A stretch of DNA of 64,000 bases from NCBI GenBank assembly GCA_021734405.1, contig JAIPJA010000002.1:1145-65144 (forward strand), in the 5' to 3' direction. A program made the position numbers and the translations under genes. This DNA comes from Minisyncoccota bacterium. GTDB lineage: Bacteria; Patescibacteriota; Patescibacteriia; Patescibacteriales; UBA12465. Positions 18,967 through 28,279 of the stretch are shown here, piece after piece. The notes under the pieces are model-generated. The model was not told the DNA's origin. It did not search any database and was given only the letters and a program-made list of their open reading frames with translations. Every line of letters begins with the position of its first letter. Position 1 is the first letter of the stretch.

Positions 18967-20137
18967 TATACAACCTTTAGCTGATAAATTTAGACCCAAA
19001 ACTCTAGAGGATTTTGTTGGTCAAAAAGAAGCGGTTGGTAAAAATAGTTTTTTAAAGACTGCTATTTTAAAAGACAGCTTATCTTCTTTAATTTTTTGGG
19101 GTCCAGCTGGGGTAGGTAAAACTACCTTAGCTTTAATAATAGCCAATCAAACTAAAGCTGAGTTTTTAAAGTTAAGCGCTACTTCCAGTGGCCTTAAAGA
19201 TTTAAGGGCTTTAATTGAAAAAGCTGAGGTTAATAAGAGATTGGGCAAGAAGACAATTTTGTTTATAGATGAAATACATCGCTGGAGTAAATCCCAGCAA
19301 GACGCCTTACTTCCTCATGTTGAAAGTGGAACTTTGATTTTAATTGGAGCTACCACGGAAAATCCTAGTTTTGAAATTAATTCAGCTTTGCTCTCCAGAG
19401 CTCAAGTAATAGTTTTGGAGCGTTTAGAAAATAGTGATTTAAAAAAGATTATAAACAGGGTAGAAAAAGATTTGAAACTTAAAATAAGTGAAGAGGCTAA
19501 AGATATTATATGCCAATTAGCTAGTGGTGATGCTAGACAAGCTTTAAATATATTAGAAAAAGCCTTAGTTCAGGGTAAAAAAATCACTAAAGATACCTTA
19601 GCTAATACTATAAAAAAGCTTCCTATTTACTATGACAAAAAGTCTGATGAACACTATAATTTAATTTCTGCTCTACATAAATCTATGCGTGGCAATGATG
19701 CTAATGCTTCAGTTTATTGGTTAACTCGAATGTTAGAGGGCGGAGAAGATCCCCTATATATCGCTAGGCGCCTTATTCGTTTTGCTTCAGAAGATATTGG
19801 TTTAGCCAATAATAGTGCTTTAATGCTGGCAAACAGCGCCTTTGAAGCTTGTCATAAAATTGGTATGCCTGAGTGCGCAGTTATACTTTCTCATACCGTT
19901 ATTTATTTAGCTAAGTCCAAAAAAAGTATTTTAGCCTATAGCGCCTATAACAAAGCTAAAGCCGAGGTAGAGAAAAGTGGCAACCTGAGGCCACCACTTC
20001 ATATTCTAAATGCTCCTACAGATTTTATGAAAAAATTAGGTTATGGTAGAGACTATAAGTACACACCTCTAGAAGATAGTTCAGACCAAAACTATTTACC
20101 TGAGATAATTTCTAAAAAGAAGTTTTTAGATCAGTAG
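18953..20137 (+). CDS. rarA: Replication-associated recombination protein A (AAA+ ATPase)
   Basis: GPAGVGKTT and FIDEIHRW, plus the conserved MgsA C-terminal domain (HYNLISALHKSMRG). Confidence 0.9.
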   Translation: MTSYNIQPLADKFRPKTLEDFVGQKEAVGKNSFLKTAILKDSLSSLIFWGPAGVGKTTLALIIANQTKAEFLKLSATSSGLKDLRALIEKAEVNKRLGKKTILFIDEIHRWSKSQQDALLPHVESGTLILIGATTENPSFEINSALLSRAQVIVLERLENSDLKKIINRVEKDLKLKISEEAKDIICQLASGDARQALNILEKALVQGKKITKDTLANTIKKLPIYYDKKSDEHYNLISALHKSMRGNDANASVYWLTRMLEGGEDPLYIARRLIRFASEDIGLANNSALMLANSAFEACHKIGMPECAVILSHTVIYLAKSKKSILAYSAYNKAKAEVEKSGNLRPPLHILNAPTDFMKKLGYGRDYKYTPLEDSSDQNYLPEIISKKKFLDQ

Positions 20138-20808
20138 GCTTTTAAAGATAATTTGTAACCTCGGCCGGGCACAGTATGAATTAGCTTAGTCCGGTTTTTT
20201 GTTTCAATTTTTCTCCTTAAGTTTAGAATATGAGACTCAATAGTGTTAGAAAAAGGATCAGCGTTTATATCCCAGACATTTTCTAAAATTAAAGCTCTAG
20301 ACAAGACCCTGTTAGGATTTTCTAAGAAATATAACAATAGACAAAACTCTTTTCTAGTTAGATAAATTGCCTGTTTGCCTCTTTTTACTTCATGGGTTTC
20401 AGTGTTAAGCTTTAAATCATCAATTTGTAGTATTTTTTCTTTAATATTTTCTTGTCTTTTAGTTAAGGCTTTAATTCTTAAAAATACTTCTTCAAAAATA
20501 AAGGGCTTAGTTAAAAAGTCGTCAATCCCAGCTGTAAACATCTCTGACTTGGTAGGCATGTCAGCTTTAACAGTTAACATTAAAATAGGAGTGTTAATTT
20601 TTTCTTTTCTAAGTTCAGTGCAAACTTCTAAGCCGTTTTGTTTAGGCATAATGTAGTCAAGCAAGATGATGTTATAGGTGTTGGTTTTAGCTAAAAAGCA
20701 ACCTTGCTCTCCATTGCTGGCAGTGTCTACGACTAAAAATTCTGCTTCTAAACTTAATTTTAAAAGTTTTAACAGCTCTTGGTCATCGTCAATTAGTAAA
20801 ATTTTCAT
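20131..20808 (-). CDS. OmpR-family response regulator with no adjacent histidine kinase
   Basis: Receiver domain (LLDYIMP phospho-acceptor region) plus a winged-helix C-terminus (...VPGRGYKL). Its TGA stop overlaps the rarA 3' end. Confidence 0.85.
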   Translation of the reverse strand: MKILLIDDDQELLKLLKLSLEAEFLVVDTASNGEQGCFLAKTNTYNIILLDYIMPKQNGLEVCTELRKEKINTPILMLTVKADMPTKSEMFTAGIDDFLTKPFIFEEVFLRIKALTKRQENIKEKILQIDDLKLNTETHEVKRGKQAIYLTRKEFCLLLYFLENPNRVLSRALILENVWDINADPFSNTIESHILNLRRKIETKNRTKLIHTVPGRGYKLSLKAY

Positions 20809-20978
20809 AGTTTTTTAGTTTAAAAATTTATTATATATTTACTCTTATTTTAGAACATAATAGATTAAATAAATCTAAAGTTAAAATTAAGATAAAATTA
20901 AGAGATAAAACATTGAATAAATTCAATTTCTTAGCTATTATTAAAATATAAATATTTTAAGAAAAATAATAAATTTTT

Positions 20979-22247
20979 ATGAATAACATTTCTAATCAAC
21001 CCCCTAAAGGAACTAGTGACTGGTTACCAGAAGAATTTGCTATTAGGCTCTATATTTTTAAAACTTGGATTAAGGTTTGTCAGTCTTATGGTTTTGACCG
21101 GTATTTAACACCCTTGTTTGAAAATGCTGATATATACAGGGCTAAGTCAGGTGAGGATGTAGGCGTTAAAGAGTTAATGCTTTTAACTGATAGGGCTGGT
21201 AGAGAATTTGCCTTGCGTCCAGAGATGACCCCTAGTGTTACTAGATTAGTTTCTAGAATTTTTGATAAATACCCTAAACCTTTAAGGCTTTTTTCAGTGG
21301 CCAACTTTATCAGAAACGAAAAACCGCAAAGAGGTAGAAATAGAGAATTTTGGCAATTAAATTGTGATATCTTTGGTAGCTCTAGTCTAGAAGCAGATAA
21401 AGAGATATTGCAATTAGCTATTGATATTATGTTGGCTTTTAAGGCTCCTAAAGATTCTTTTGTTTTATCTTTAAATCACAGAAAGCTGGTTGATGATTTA
21501 CTTTCTTTAGCTAATATACAACCAGAAGCTAGAATTCCAGTTATTAGGTTAATGGATAAATGGAATAAGTTAAAAGAGGAAGAGTTAGAAACTGCCTTTA
21601 AAGATTTAAATGTTTCAAGTAATAGTTACAAAATGATAGAAACTTTTATGAAAAGTCAGCATTTATCTGATATTGCCAAATTTTTACCTAAATTAAAAGA
21701 TAGTCAAGGGTTTAAAGAAATTGATGAGATTATAAGTTCAATGATCGATACGGAATATTCTACTTGGGTACGTTTTAATTCTCAGGTTATAAGAGGTCTT
21801 GATTATTATGATGGTATAATTTTTGAAATTTTTGATAAACATCCTGACAATAGAAGAGCTATGTTTGGTGGAGGCAGATACAATGGTTTAGCAGAAATTT
21901 TTGGACAAAAAAGCTTTCCAGCTGTAGGCTTTGCTCCTGGCGATGAAACTACTAAATTATTTTTAGAGTCTTGGGGACTGTTAGAAAGCATAGAAAGACC
22001 AGGTAAGTATTATTTTCCTCTTTTAAGTAATGATTTAAAAATTCCTTTTAATTTACTTTTAAAAAAACTAAGAAAAGATAAAAATATTGAAGCAGGCTTG
22101 GAAGAGCAAAAAATTAACAAAGCTTTGAGTTATGCTAATGCTAAAAAGGTGGATAAGGTGATTATTATGGGAGAAGAGGAGTATAAGAATAAGGAATACA
22201 AGATTAAAGATATGGAGACTGGAAAAGAGGAGACTTTTAAGGTTTAA
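20979..22247 (+). CDS. hisS: Histidine--tRNA ligase
   Basis: Class II motifs, including LRPEMTPSVTR and FGGGRYNGL. Confidence 0.85.
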   Translation: MNNISNQPPKGTSDWLPEEFAIRLYIFKTWIKVCQSYGFDRYLTPLFENADIYRAKSGEDVGVKELMLLTDRAGREFALRPEMTPSVTRLVSRIFDKYPKPLRLFSVANFIRNEKPQRGRNREFWQLNCDIFGSSSLEADKEILQLAIDIMLAFKAPKDSFVLSLNHRKLVDDLLSLANIQPEARIPVIRLMDKWNKLKEEELETAFKDLNVSSNSYKMIETFMKSQHLSDIAKFLPKLKDSQGFKEIDEIISSMIDTEYSTWVRFNSQVIRGLDYYDGIIFEIFDKHPDNRRAMFGGGRYNGLAEIFGQKSFPAVGFAPGDETTKLFLESWGLLESIERPGKYYFPLLSNDLKIPFNLLLKKLRKDKNIEAGLEEQKINKALSYANAKKVDKVIIMGEEEYKNKEYKIKDMETGKEETFKV

Positions 22248-22335
22248 AGATTTAAAAAATAAAATTTTTAATTAAATCCTTGATTTTTATTTATTTTTAT
22301 GCTATAAATATCTAATTAAATATTTATTAAAATAA

Positions 22336-23151
22336 ATGATTAAAATATTAGGGCAAATTAATTTAGAAAATTTACCCCAAGAAAAACCTAAGTTTAATTT
22401 TGAAAAGTATAAAGGGTTTTTACAAGAGAAAATGTCTGCTTTAGCAGAAAGGGTGAATAAAGAGCATGGGGAAATATTAAATGCGGATGGCAGTATTAAG
22501 GTTAGTAATCAAGATGACTTAGCTTTAATTAAAGCTCAAGAAGAAGCTTGGGCTAGTGAGACCGGTATTGGTAGGGAAGCATGGTTAGAAAAAAAAGAAA
22601 GTAATAAGGCAGAGATGACTGAAAAAGTTATAACTTTAGTTTTAGATAAAATGTTAGGTGATGATTTTGTAGTAGTAAGAGCTTCTAGTTTTGATGATTA
22701 TAATAATGGGGTAGATAATGTAATTTTAGATAAAAGAACTGGTCAAGTAGTTTGTGGTTTTGATGATGTAATTAGCAGAGACGGGGAAAATGGTAGTGAA
22801 AAGAAAGCTGAGAAGGTAAAGAGAGTTATGGCTAAAGGCGGGGCTAAGTTGAAGTATGGTTTAGATTTAAAAGGTGATGGTAGCATAGAAACAGGACAAT
22901 TAAAAAATTTACCAGCTTTTTATTTGGCTTTAAGTAAGGATGATTTAGCTTCAGCTTTAAAGGTTTTGGAAAATAATGGTTCTGTGTCTGATTTTCAAGA
23001 GTTAGGGTCTAAACTGTTATTATCTTTAGATGATCAAATAAAAAATGTGGATAGAGATGATTTAGATAATGATTTACTTTTTAATTTAAGTGAGTTTGAA
23101 CATTCTTTGTTTGAAATTAAACAGTCTTTTTTAAGTAAATTAGAGAAATAG
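22336..23151 (+). CDS. Hypothetical soluble protein
   Basis: 271-aa ORF with no motif recognised. Confidence 0.5.
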   Translation: MIKILGQINLENLPQEKPKFNFEKYKGFLQEKMSALAERVNKEHGEILNADGSIKVSNQDDLALIKAQEEAWASETGIGREAWLEKKESNKAEMTEKVITLVLDKMLGDDFVVVRASSFDDYNNGVDNVILDKRTGQVVCGFDDVISRDGENGSEKKAEKVKRVMAKGGAKLKYGLDLKGDGSIETGQLKNLPAFYLALSKDDLASALKVLENNGSVSDFQELGSKLLLSLDDQIKNVDRDDLDNDLLFNLSEFEHSLFEIKQSFLSKLEK

Positions 23152-23244
23152 GTCTGGTTTAGTTTTGTAATTTTGGTTAATTGAGTATTGATTTTTAAAG
23201 CAATTTATTTATAATAATTATATTGTTCATTTTAAAAAATAACT

Positions 23245-23439
23245 ATGAATATGAAAGATGTTTGGCAGTATTATTGGCAGGATATTGGCTTTTTTTGGGA
23301 TTATAAAAAGGAGGATTTTTTAAGCTCAAAAGGTTTGGCCGTAATAGGTAGTATTATTTTTACGGTTATTTTTACTTTTGCTCAAATACTTATCAGTTTA
23401 GTGTTTGTGTTTTACAAGCCTTTAGCTTATAGGCAGTAA
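23245..23439 (+). CDS. Small hypothetical membrane protein
   Basis: 64 aa with one long hydrophobic segment. A wobble-rich terminator hairpin (ACCGTCTC/GGGGCGGT plus T-run) follows. Confidence 0.45.
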   Translation: MNMKDVWQYYWQDIGFFWDYKKEDFLSSKGLAVIGSIIFTVIFTFAQILISLVFVFYKPLAYRQ

Positions 23440-23551
23440 AGATTTGTAACCGTCTCTAAAAAGGGGCGGTTTTTAATAAATTATAATTTTATAATTGTAA
23501 TTTGTTTATATTTCATGCTAAACTTTTAATATAAAAAGTGTTTTTAATGTT

Positions 23552-24952
23552 ATGCAAAAATTATCACTACATAACACCCTTAGTCGAAAAAAAGAAGAAT
23601 TTAAGCCCATAATTGATGGGGAAGTCGGACTATATACTTGTGGCCCAACTGTATATAATTTTGCTCATTTAGGTAATTTACGCACCTATTTGTTTGAAGA
23701 TTTTTTAAAGAGATCTTTGTTTTTTGCTGGCTACAAAGTAAAACATGTAATGAATATTACTGATGTTGGTCATTTAGTTGGAGATGGGGATATGGGTGAA
23801 GATAAATTGGAGAAAAGATCTAAAATTGAGAAAAAAAGTGCTTGGGAAATCGCTGATTTTTATTTAGAAGCTTTTAAGTTGGATTTATCTCATTTAAACA
23901 TTATTTTTCCCTCTAATTGGTATAAAGCAACTGAGACTATCTCTGAGCAAATAAAGCTCATAGAAGAGCTTGAACTAAAAGGCTATGCCTATAGAATCTC
24001 TGATGGTATATATTTTGATACTTCTAAATTTAAAGATTATACTAAGCTAAGTCATCAAAAAATTGAAGACTTACAAGAAGGTGCTAGAGTAGAGAAAAAT
24101 CAAGAGAAAAGAAACCCAACTGATTTTGCTCTATGGAAGTTTTCACCTGAAAATGAGAAACGACAAATGGAATGGGAGTCCCCTTGGGGACTAGGTTTTC
24201 CAGGTTGGCATATTGAATGTAGTGCTATGAGTTTAAAAGGTTTAGGTAAGCAATTAGATATTCACTGTGGTGGAGTTGATCATGTAAATATTCATCACAC
24301 CAATGAAATTGCGCAGTCTGAGGCTGCTACAGGAGAAAAGTTTTTTAATTATTGGCTTCATGGAGCTTTTTTAATTGTTTCTGGTGGTAAAAAAATGGCT
24401 AAGAGTAAAGATAACTTTTTAACTTTAAAAAATGCTTTAATAGATAAAAATTTACATTCTTTAGCTTTTCGCTTGGCTTGTTTACAAGCGCATTATCGTA
24501 AACCTTTAGAGTATAGTGAAGATATGCTTCAAGCTTCAAATAATGCGCTTTTAGCTATATATGATAAGGTTAATTTCTTGGGTAGAGAGGTGGCGGAAGT
24601 AGATAATAATTATTTACAGGAGTTTAAAAGTTTAGTATTTGATGATTTAAACTTACCTCAAGCTTTAGCGGTTTTTCATAAATTACTAAAAGATGAGTCA
24701 GTTAAAAAAGCAGTGAAATTAGCTACTGCACTGGAGATGGATAAAGTTTTAGGTTTGAATTTAAAGTCAGTTATAGAAAATGAAGAGGATATTGAAATTC
24801 CCGATGAGATTGAAAAATTAGCTAAAGCTAGACAATTAAGTCGTGAACAAAAAGACTTTAAAGAAGCGGATTTAATACGAGAAGAAATAGAGGCCAAAGG
24901 TTATATCATAGAAGAGAGCCAGCAGGGCTTTGTTATTAAGAAAAAACGTTAG
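23552..24952 (+). CDS. cysS: Cysteine--tRNA ligase
   Basis: HIGH-type motif (AHLGN), KMSKS-type motif (KMAKS) and the Zn-binding region WHIECS. Confidence 0.9.
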   Translation: MQKLSLHNTLSRKKEEFKPIIDGEVGLYTCGPTVYNFAHLGNLRTYLFEDFLKRSLFFAGYKVKHVMNITDVGHLVGDGDMGEDKLEKRSKIEKKSAWEIADFYLEAFKLDLSHLNIIFPSNWYKATETISEQIKLIEELELKGYAYRISDGIYFDTSKFKDYTKLSHQKIEDLQEGARVEKNQEKRNPTDFALWKFSPENEKRQMEWESPWGLGFPGWHIECSAMSLKGLGKQLDIHCGGVDHVNIHHTNEIAQSEAATGEKFFNYWLHGAFLIVSGGKKMAKSKDNFLTLKNALIDKNLHSLAFRLACLQAHYRKPLEYSEDMLQASNNALLAIYDKVNFLGREVAEVDNNYLQEFKSLVFDDLNLPQALAVFHKLLKDESVKKAVKLATALEMDKVLGLNLKSVIENEEDIEIPDEIEKLAKARQLSREQKDFKEADLIREEIEAKGYIIEESQQGFVIKKKR

Positions 24953-24958
24953 AGAAGA

Positions 24959-25900
24959 GTGAAGATGAAAAATAATTTTTGGCAACAACTTGAAAAACCT
25001 ATTATAGCTTTAGCGCCCATGGCGGGTGTAAATGATCTGGCTTTTAGGCATGTTTGTAAAAGTTTTGGCGCTGATGTTATATATAGTGAAATGGCCTCAG
25101 CAACGGCTTTAGCTAGAAACCCTGAAAAAACCTTAAAGATGTTAGAGTTTGAACAGGTTGATAGGCCTTATGTCATTCAGATTTTTGGCTCTAAAGTAGA
25201 AGATTTTTCTCCAGCTGTAAAAAGATTAGAAAAGGAATTAGACTTTGATGGTATTGATATTAATTTTGGTTGTCCGGTTAACAAGGTTATTAAACAAGGG
25301 GCAGGGGCTATATTAATGCAAGAAAAATTAGCTGCTAAAAAAATAATAGCTAAAACTCTTGAGGTTGCTTCTTTGCCTGTTTCTATTAAAACTAGAATTA
25401 AATCAGGAGAAGTAGAAGTTTTGGATTTTTTAAAATATATTCAGGATTTGCCAGTTTCTGCTTTAATGATCCATGGTCGTAGTTTGAGTCAAGGTTTTGT
25501 TGGAGAGATAGATTATAGGGTGATAAAAAAAGCTAGAAAATATTTTTCTGGCATTATTTTAGCTAATGGTGGTATAAATAATTATAGTCAAGCTGAAAAA
25601 ACTTTGAAGCTGACAAGATCTGATGGTTTAGGTATAGCTCGTGGAGCTTTGGGACGTCCGTGGTTGTTTAAAGAAATAAAAGAAGGAAAAGAACTGGAGC
25701 TATCTTTATCTGAGATAGCCAGCGTGGCTTTAAAGCAGACTAAGTTAGCCTATAAATACAGACAGGATTCTGGTATTAAAGAAATGAGAAAGCATTTAGC
25801 TTGGTATATGCAAAATTTTCCTGGGGCTAAAAATTTGAGAAATAAGTTAATAAAAGTGGAAAGCTTAAAGGATGTAGAAACTATTTTAAAAAACATATGA
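24959..25900 (+). CDS. dus: tRNA-dihydrouridine synthase
   Basis: LAPMAGVND, catalytic GCP region and TIM-barrel pattern. The start may be the GTG at 24959 or the ATG at 24965. Confidence 0.85.
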   Translation: MKMKNNFWQQLEKPIIALAPMAGVNDLAFRHVCKSFGADVIYSEMASATALARNPEKTLKMLEFEQVDRPYVIQIFGSKVEDFSPAVKRLEKELDFDGIDINFGCPVNKVIKQGAGAILMQEKLAAKKIIAKTLEVASLPVSIKTRIKSGEVEVLDFLKYIQDLPVSALMIHGRSLSQGFVGEIDYRVIKKARKYFSGIILANGGINNYSQAEKTLKLTRSDGLGIARGALGRPWLFKEIKEGKELELSLSEIASVALKQTKLAYKYRQDSGIKEMRKHLAWYMQNFPGAKNLRNKLIKVESLKDVETILKNI

Positions 25901-26292
25901 TTTTATATTTAGATACAACTGAATACGGCTTAATAATTTTAAGTTTATTAAAGAAGCAGGGAAAGACTGAAAAAGAAATTTTTAGAAAAGAATTTACAGC
26001 TACAGGTAAGAGTCAATCAGAGAAACTTTTGCCAAGTATTGATAAGTTTTTAACTTTAGTTAAAGTTTCTTGGAATAAGATAAAAGTAATTAGAGTTAAA
26101 AATCAAGGTGGTAGTTTTACAGGATTAAGGTTAGGAGTGATAACTGCCAACACTTTAGCTTGGTCTAAAAATTTAAAACTTGAAGGCACTAAAGATGACT
26201 ATATTATTAAGGCAGGAATTAAATTATTAAAACCTATTTATGAAAAAGAACCTGATATAGTGATAAATAAAAATAAATATGGCTTAGATTAG
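25897..26292 (+). CDS. Short TsaB/YeaZ-like protein (N-terminal half only compared with typical TsaB)
   Basis: 131 aa, MILYLDTT...GGSFTGLRLGVITANTLAW. ATGA overlap with dus. Confidence 0.55.
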   Translation: MILYLDTTEYGLIILSLLKKQGKTEKEIFRKEFTATGKSQSEKLLPSIDKFLTLVKVSWNKIKVIRVKNQGGSFTGLRLGVITANTLAWSKNLKLEGTKDDYIIKAGIKLLKPIYEKEPDIVINKNKYGLD

Positions 26293-26350
26293 TTCTTTAC
26301 CTGTGGATAACTTGTGACAAGTTTTTAAAAATTTATTTTTTTTCTTTTAA

Positions 26351-26375
26351 AATCCCTAAAATTAGGGATTTTTTA
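26351..26375 (+). terminator. Rho-independent terminator after the tsaB-like gene
   Basis: ATCCCT / AGGGAT stem followed by a T-run. Confidence 0.6.
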
Positions 26376-26390
26376 TATTTATTAAAAGTG

Positions 26391-26456
26391 TTGACCTTAG
26401 TGGGTAAGTGGTGTATAATTAAACTACTTAGGTGATTAGTGGGGAATTAAGGTGAT
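26391..26456 (+). promoter_or_regulatory. mraZ promoter (TTGACC-17-TATAAT) overlapped and followed by five GTG[GA][GT] pentamers, candidate MraZ boxes
   Basis: TTGACC 26391-26396, TATAAT 26414-26419. Pentamers: GTGGG 26400, GTGGT 26408, GTGAT 26432, GTGGG 26439, GTGAT 26452. Confidence 0.55.
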
Positions 26457-26465
26457 AATACTTTT

Positions 26466-26897
26466 ATGTTTATAGGTGAATACAATCACAATTTAGACGC
26501 TAAAGGCAGACTGGCTATACCAGCTAAATTTCGTGCGTCATTTAAAAAAGGGGCAGTTGTAACCAAGGGTTTGGATAACTGCTTATTTTTTTATTCTAAA
26601 GATCAGTGGAAGGAAATGGCAGAAAAATTTTCTAAATTACCATTAGGTCCAGCTAAAGCCAGAGCTTTTGCTAGACATATGTTAGCTGGAGCTATGGATG
26701 TTGAATTTGATAATCAAGGCAGAATAACTTTACCTGAATATTTAAGAAATTTTGCTGGTTTAGGTAAACAAGCTGTTATTGCTGGATTATATAATCATTT
26801 AGAAATTTGGGATAAAGATTCTTGGGAAAAATACAAGAAACAAGCAGAGAAAAATAGCGGAGATATTGCTGAGAGTTTAACTGAGTTAGGAGTGTAA
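26466..26897 (+). CDS. mraZ: Division/cell wall cluster transcriptional regulator MraZ
   Basis: Two SpoVT/AbrB-like halves carrying DAKGRLAIPAKFR and DNQGRITLPEYLR. Confidence 0.9.
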   Translation: MFIGEYNHNLDAKGRLAIPAKFRASFKKGAVVTKGLDNCLFFYSKDQWKEMAEKFSKLPLGPAKARAFARHMLAGAMDVEFDNQGRITLPEYLRNFAGLGKQAVIAGLYNHLEIWDKDSWEKYKKQAEKNSGDIAESLTELGV

Positions 26898-26902
26898 TTT
26901 TT

Positions 26903-27853
26903 ATGAAAGAAACTATTCATAAGCCTGTTCTTTTAGAAGAAGTATTATCTTTTTTAAGTTTAAAATCTGGATATTGTTGTATAGATTGCACTTTAGGAGG
27001 AGCTGGATATAGTTTAGCGATTTCTCAAAAAATTGGTCCAGAAGGTAAGTTATTAGCTATTGATTTAGACTTAGAAGCTATTTCTAGAGCTCAGGAAATT
27101 ATTAAAGAGAAAAAGATAAAAAATATTATTTTAGAGTCTGGAAATTTTAAAGATATAGAAATCTTAGCCAAAAAGCAATTTAAAGAAAATAAACAAGTTG
27201 ACGCTATTGTAGCCGACTTAGGTCTTTCCATGGATCAATTAAAAGATCAATTTCGTACTTTTTCTTTCAATAGTCAGGCTAAATTAAATTTTAGTTATAG
27301 CCAACAAGAAAATTTCGGTAAATCTTTAGGGATTATAAACAATGCTTCAGTTAGAGAGCTAACAGAAATTTTAAGAAGTTATGGTGAGGAAAGATTTGCT
27401 GGACCTATAGCTAAAAAAATAGTATTTATTAGAGCTAAAAGAAAGATAAAAACTGGAGCTGAGCTTAAAGAAGTAATTGAGCAGGCAGTTCCTAGAAAAT
27501 ATTGGCCTAAAGGAATTTCTGTAGCTACCAAAAGTTTTCAAGCCCTGCGAATTGTAGTAAATAACGAGTTTCAGAGTTTAGAAGAATTTTTACCAAAAGC
27601 TGTAAAAATTTTAAAACCTGGGGGAAGGTTAGTTATAGTGAGTTTTCATAGTTTAGAAGATAGGATTGTTAAAAGATATTTTAAAAAAGTAGCCTCTGAC
27701 TGTATTTGTCCCAAAGAATCACCTATTTGCAATTGTAATTATCAGCCAATTATTAAAATTATAAATAAAAAACCTATCACCGCTAGTGAGAAAGAATTAC
27801 AATTTAACCCTAGTTCTCGCAGTGCTAAACTTAGGGTGGTAGAGAAAATTTAA
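26903..27853 (+). CDS. rsmH: 16S rRNA (cytosine1402-N4)-methyltransferase
   Basis: HKPVLLEEV, DCTLGGAGYS and SFHSLEDRIVK. Confidence 0.9.
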   Translation: MKETIHKPVLLEEVLSFLSLKSGYCCIDCTLGGAGYSLAISQKIGPEGKLLAIDLDLEAISRAQEIIKEKKIKNIILESGNFKDIEILAKKQFKENKQVDAIVADLGLSMDQLKDQFRTFSFNSQAKLNFSYSQQENFGKSLGIINNASVRELTEILRSYGEERFAGPIAKKIVFIRAKRKIKTGAELKEVIEQAVPRKYWPKGISVATKSFQALRIVVNNEFQSLEEFLPKAVKILKPGGRLVIVSFHSLEDRIVKRYFKKVASDCICPKESPICNCNYQPIIKIINKKPITASEKELQFNPSSRSAKLRVVEKI

Positions 27854-27859
27854 AAACCC

Positions 27860-28189
27860 ATGAATAAACAATATAGCACTTGTCGTGTGCAAAAAAATCG
27901 AAAATCGCTTGTTAAATTTTTAAATGGTTGTATTTTATTTGGCTTGGCCCTTACCTTAATCTATTACATTGCAAGCGTTAACGATTTAGCAGTCAAAGGC
28001 TTTGACTTACAGAATTTGAAGTCAGAAGCCAAAGCCTTGGCTGCGGAAAATCAGAGTAAAAGTGCTCGCAAAACTTCCTTGCAAGCTCTTTATGAATCTA
28101 AAAGTAAAATTGATCAATTAGGACTAGTGAAGGTAGATAATATTACCTATATTACAGTTTCTAAAGGAGAGCAGGTGGCTAAAAAGTAA
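27860..28189 (+). CDS. FtsL-like division protein (single TM plus coiled coil)
   Basis: 109 aa. Assignment rests on position between rsmH and ftsI and on topology only. Confidence 0.5.
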   Translation: MNKQYSTCRVQKNRKSLVKFLNGCILFGLALTLIYYIASVNDLAVKGFDLQNLKSEAKALAAENQSKSARKTSLQALYESKSKIDQLGLVKVDNITYITVSKGEQVAKK

Positions 28190-28279
28190 TTTATGGAGAT
28201 TTTTTTAAGAATTTTAAATCAATCAGAAGAGATTATAAATATTTGTAAGTACTTTTTAAACTTGGGTAGATAGTTTCTT

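Noticed and set aside
26302-26311. Perfect DnaA box TGTGGATAA (reverse complement TTATCCACA) upstream of mraZ, as a possible oriC.
   Set aside because: I spotted only a single box, there is no dnaA/dnaN neighbourhood, and no cluster of boxes or AT-rich unwinding repeats. It is probably a chance or regulatory singleton.
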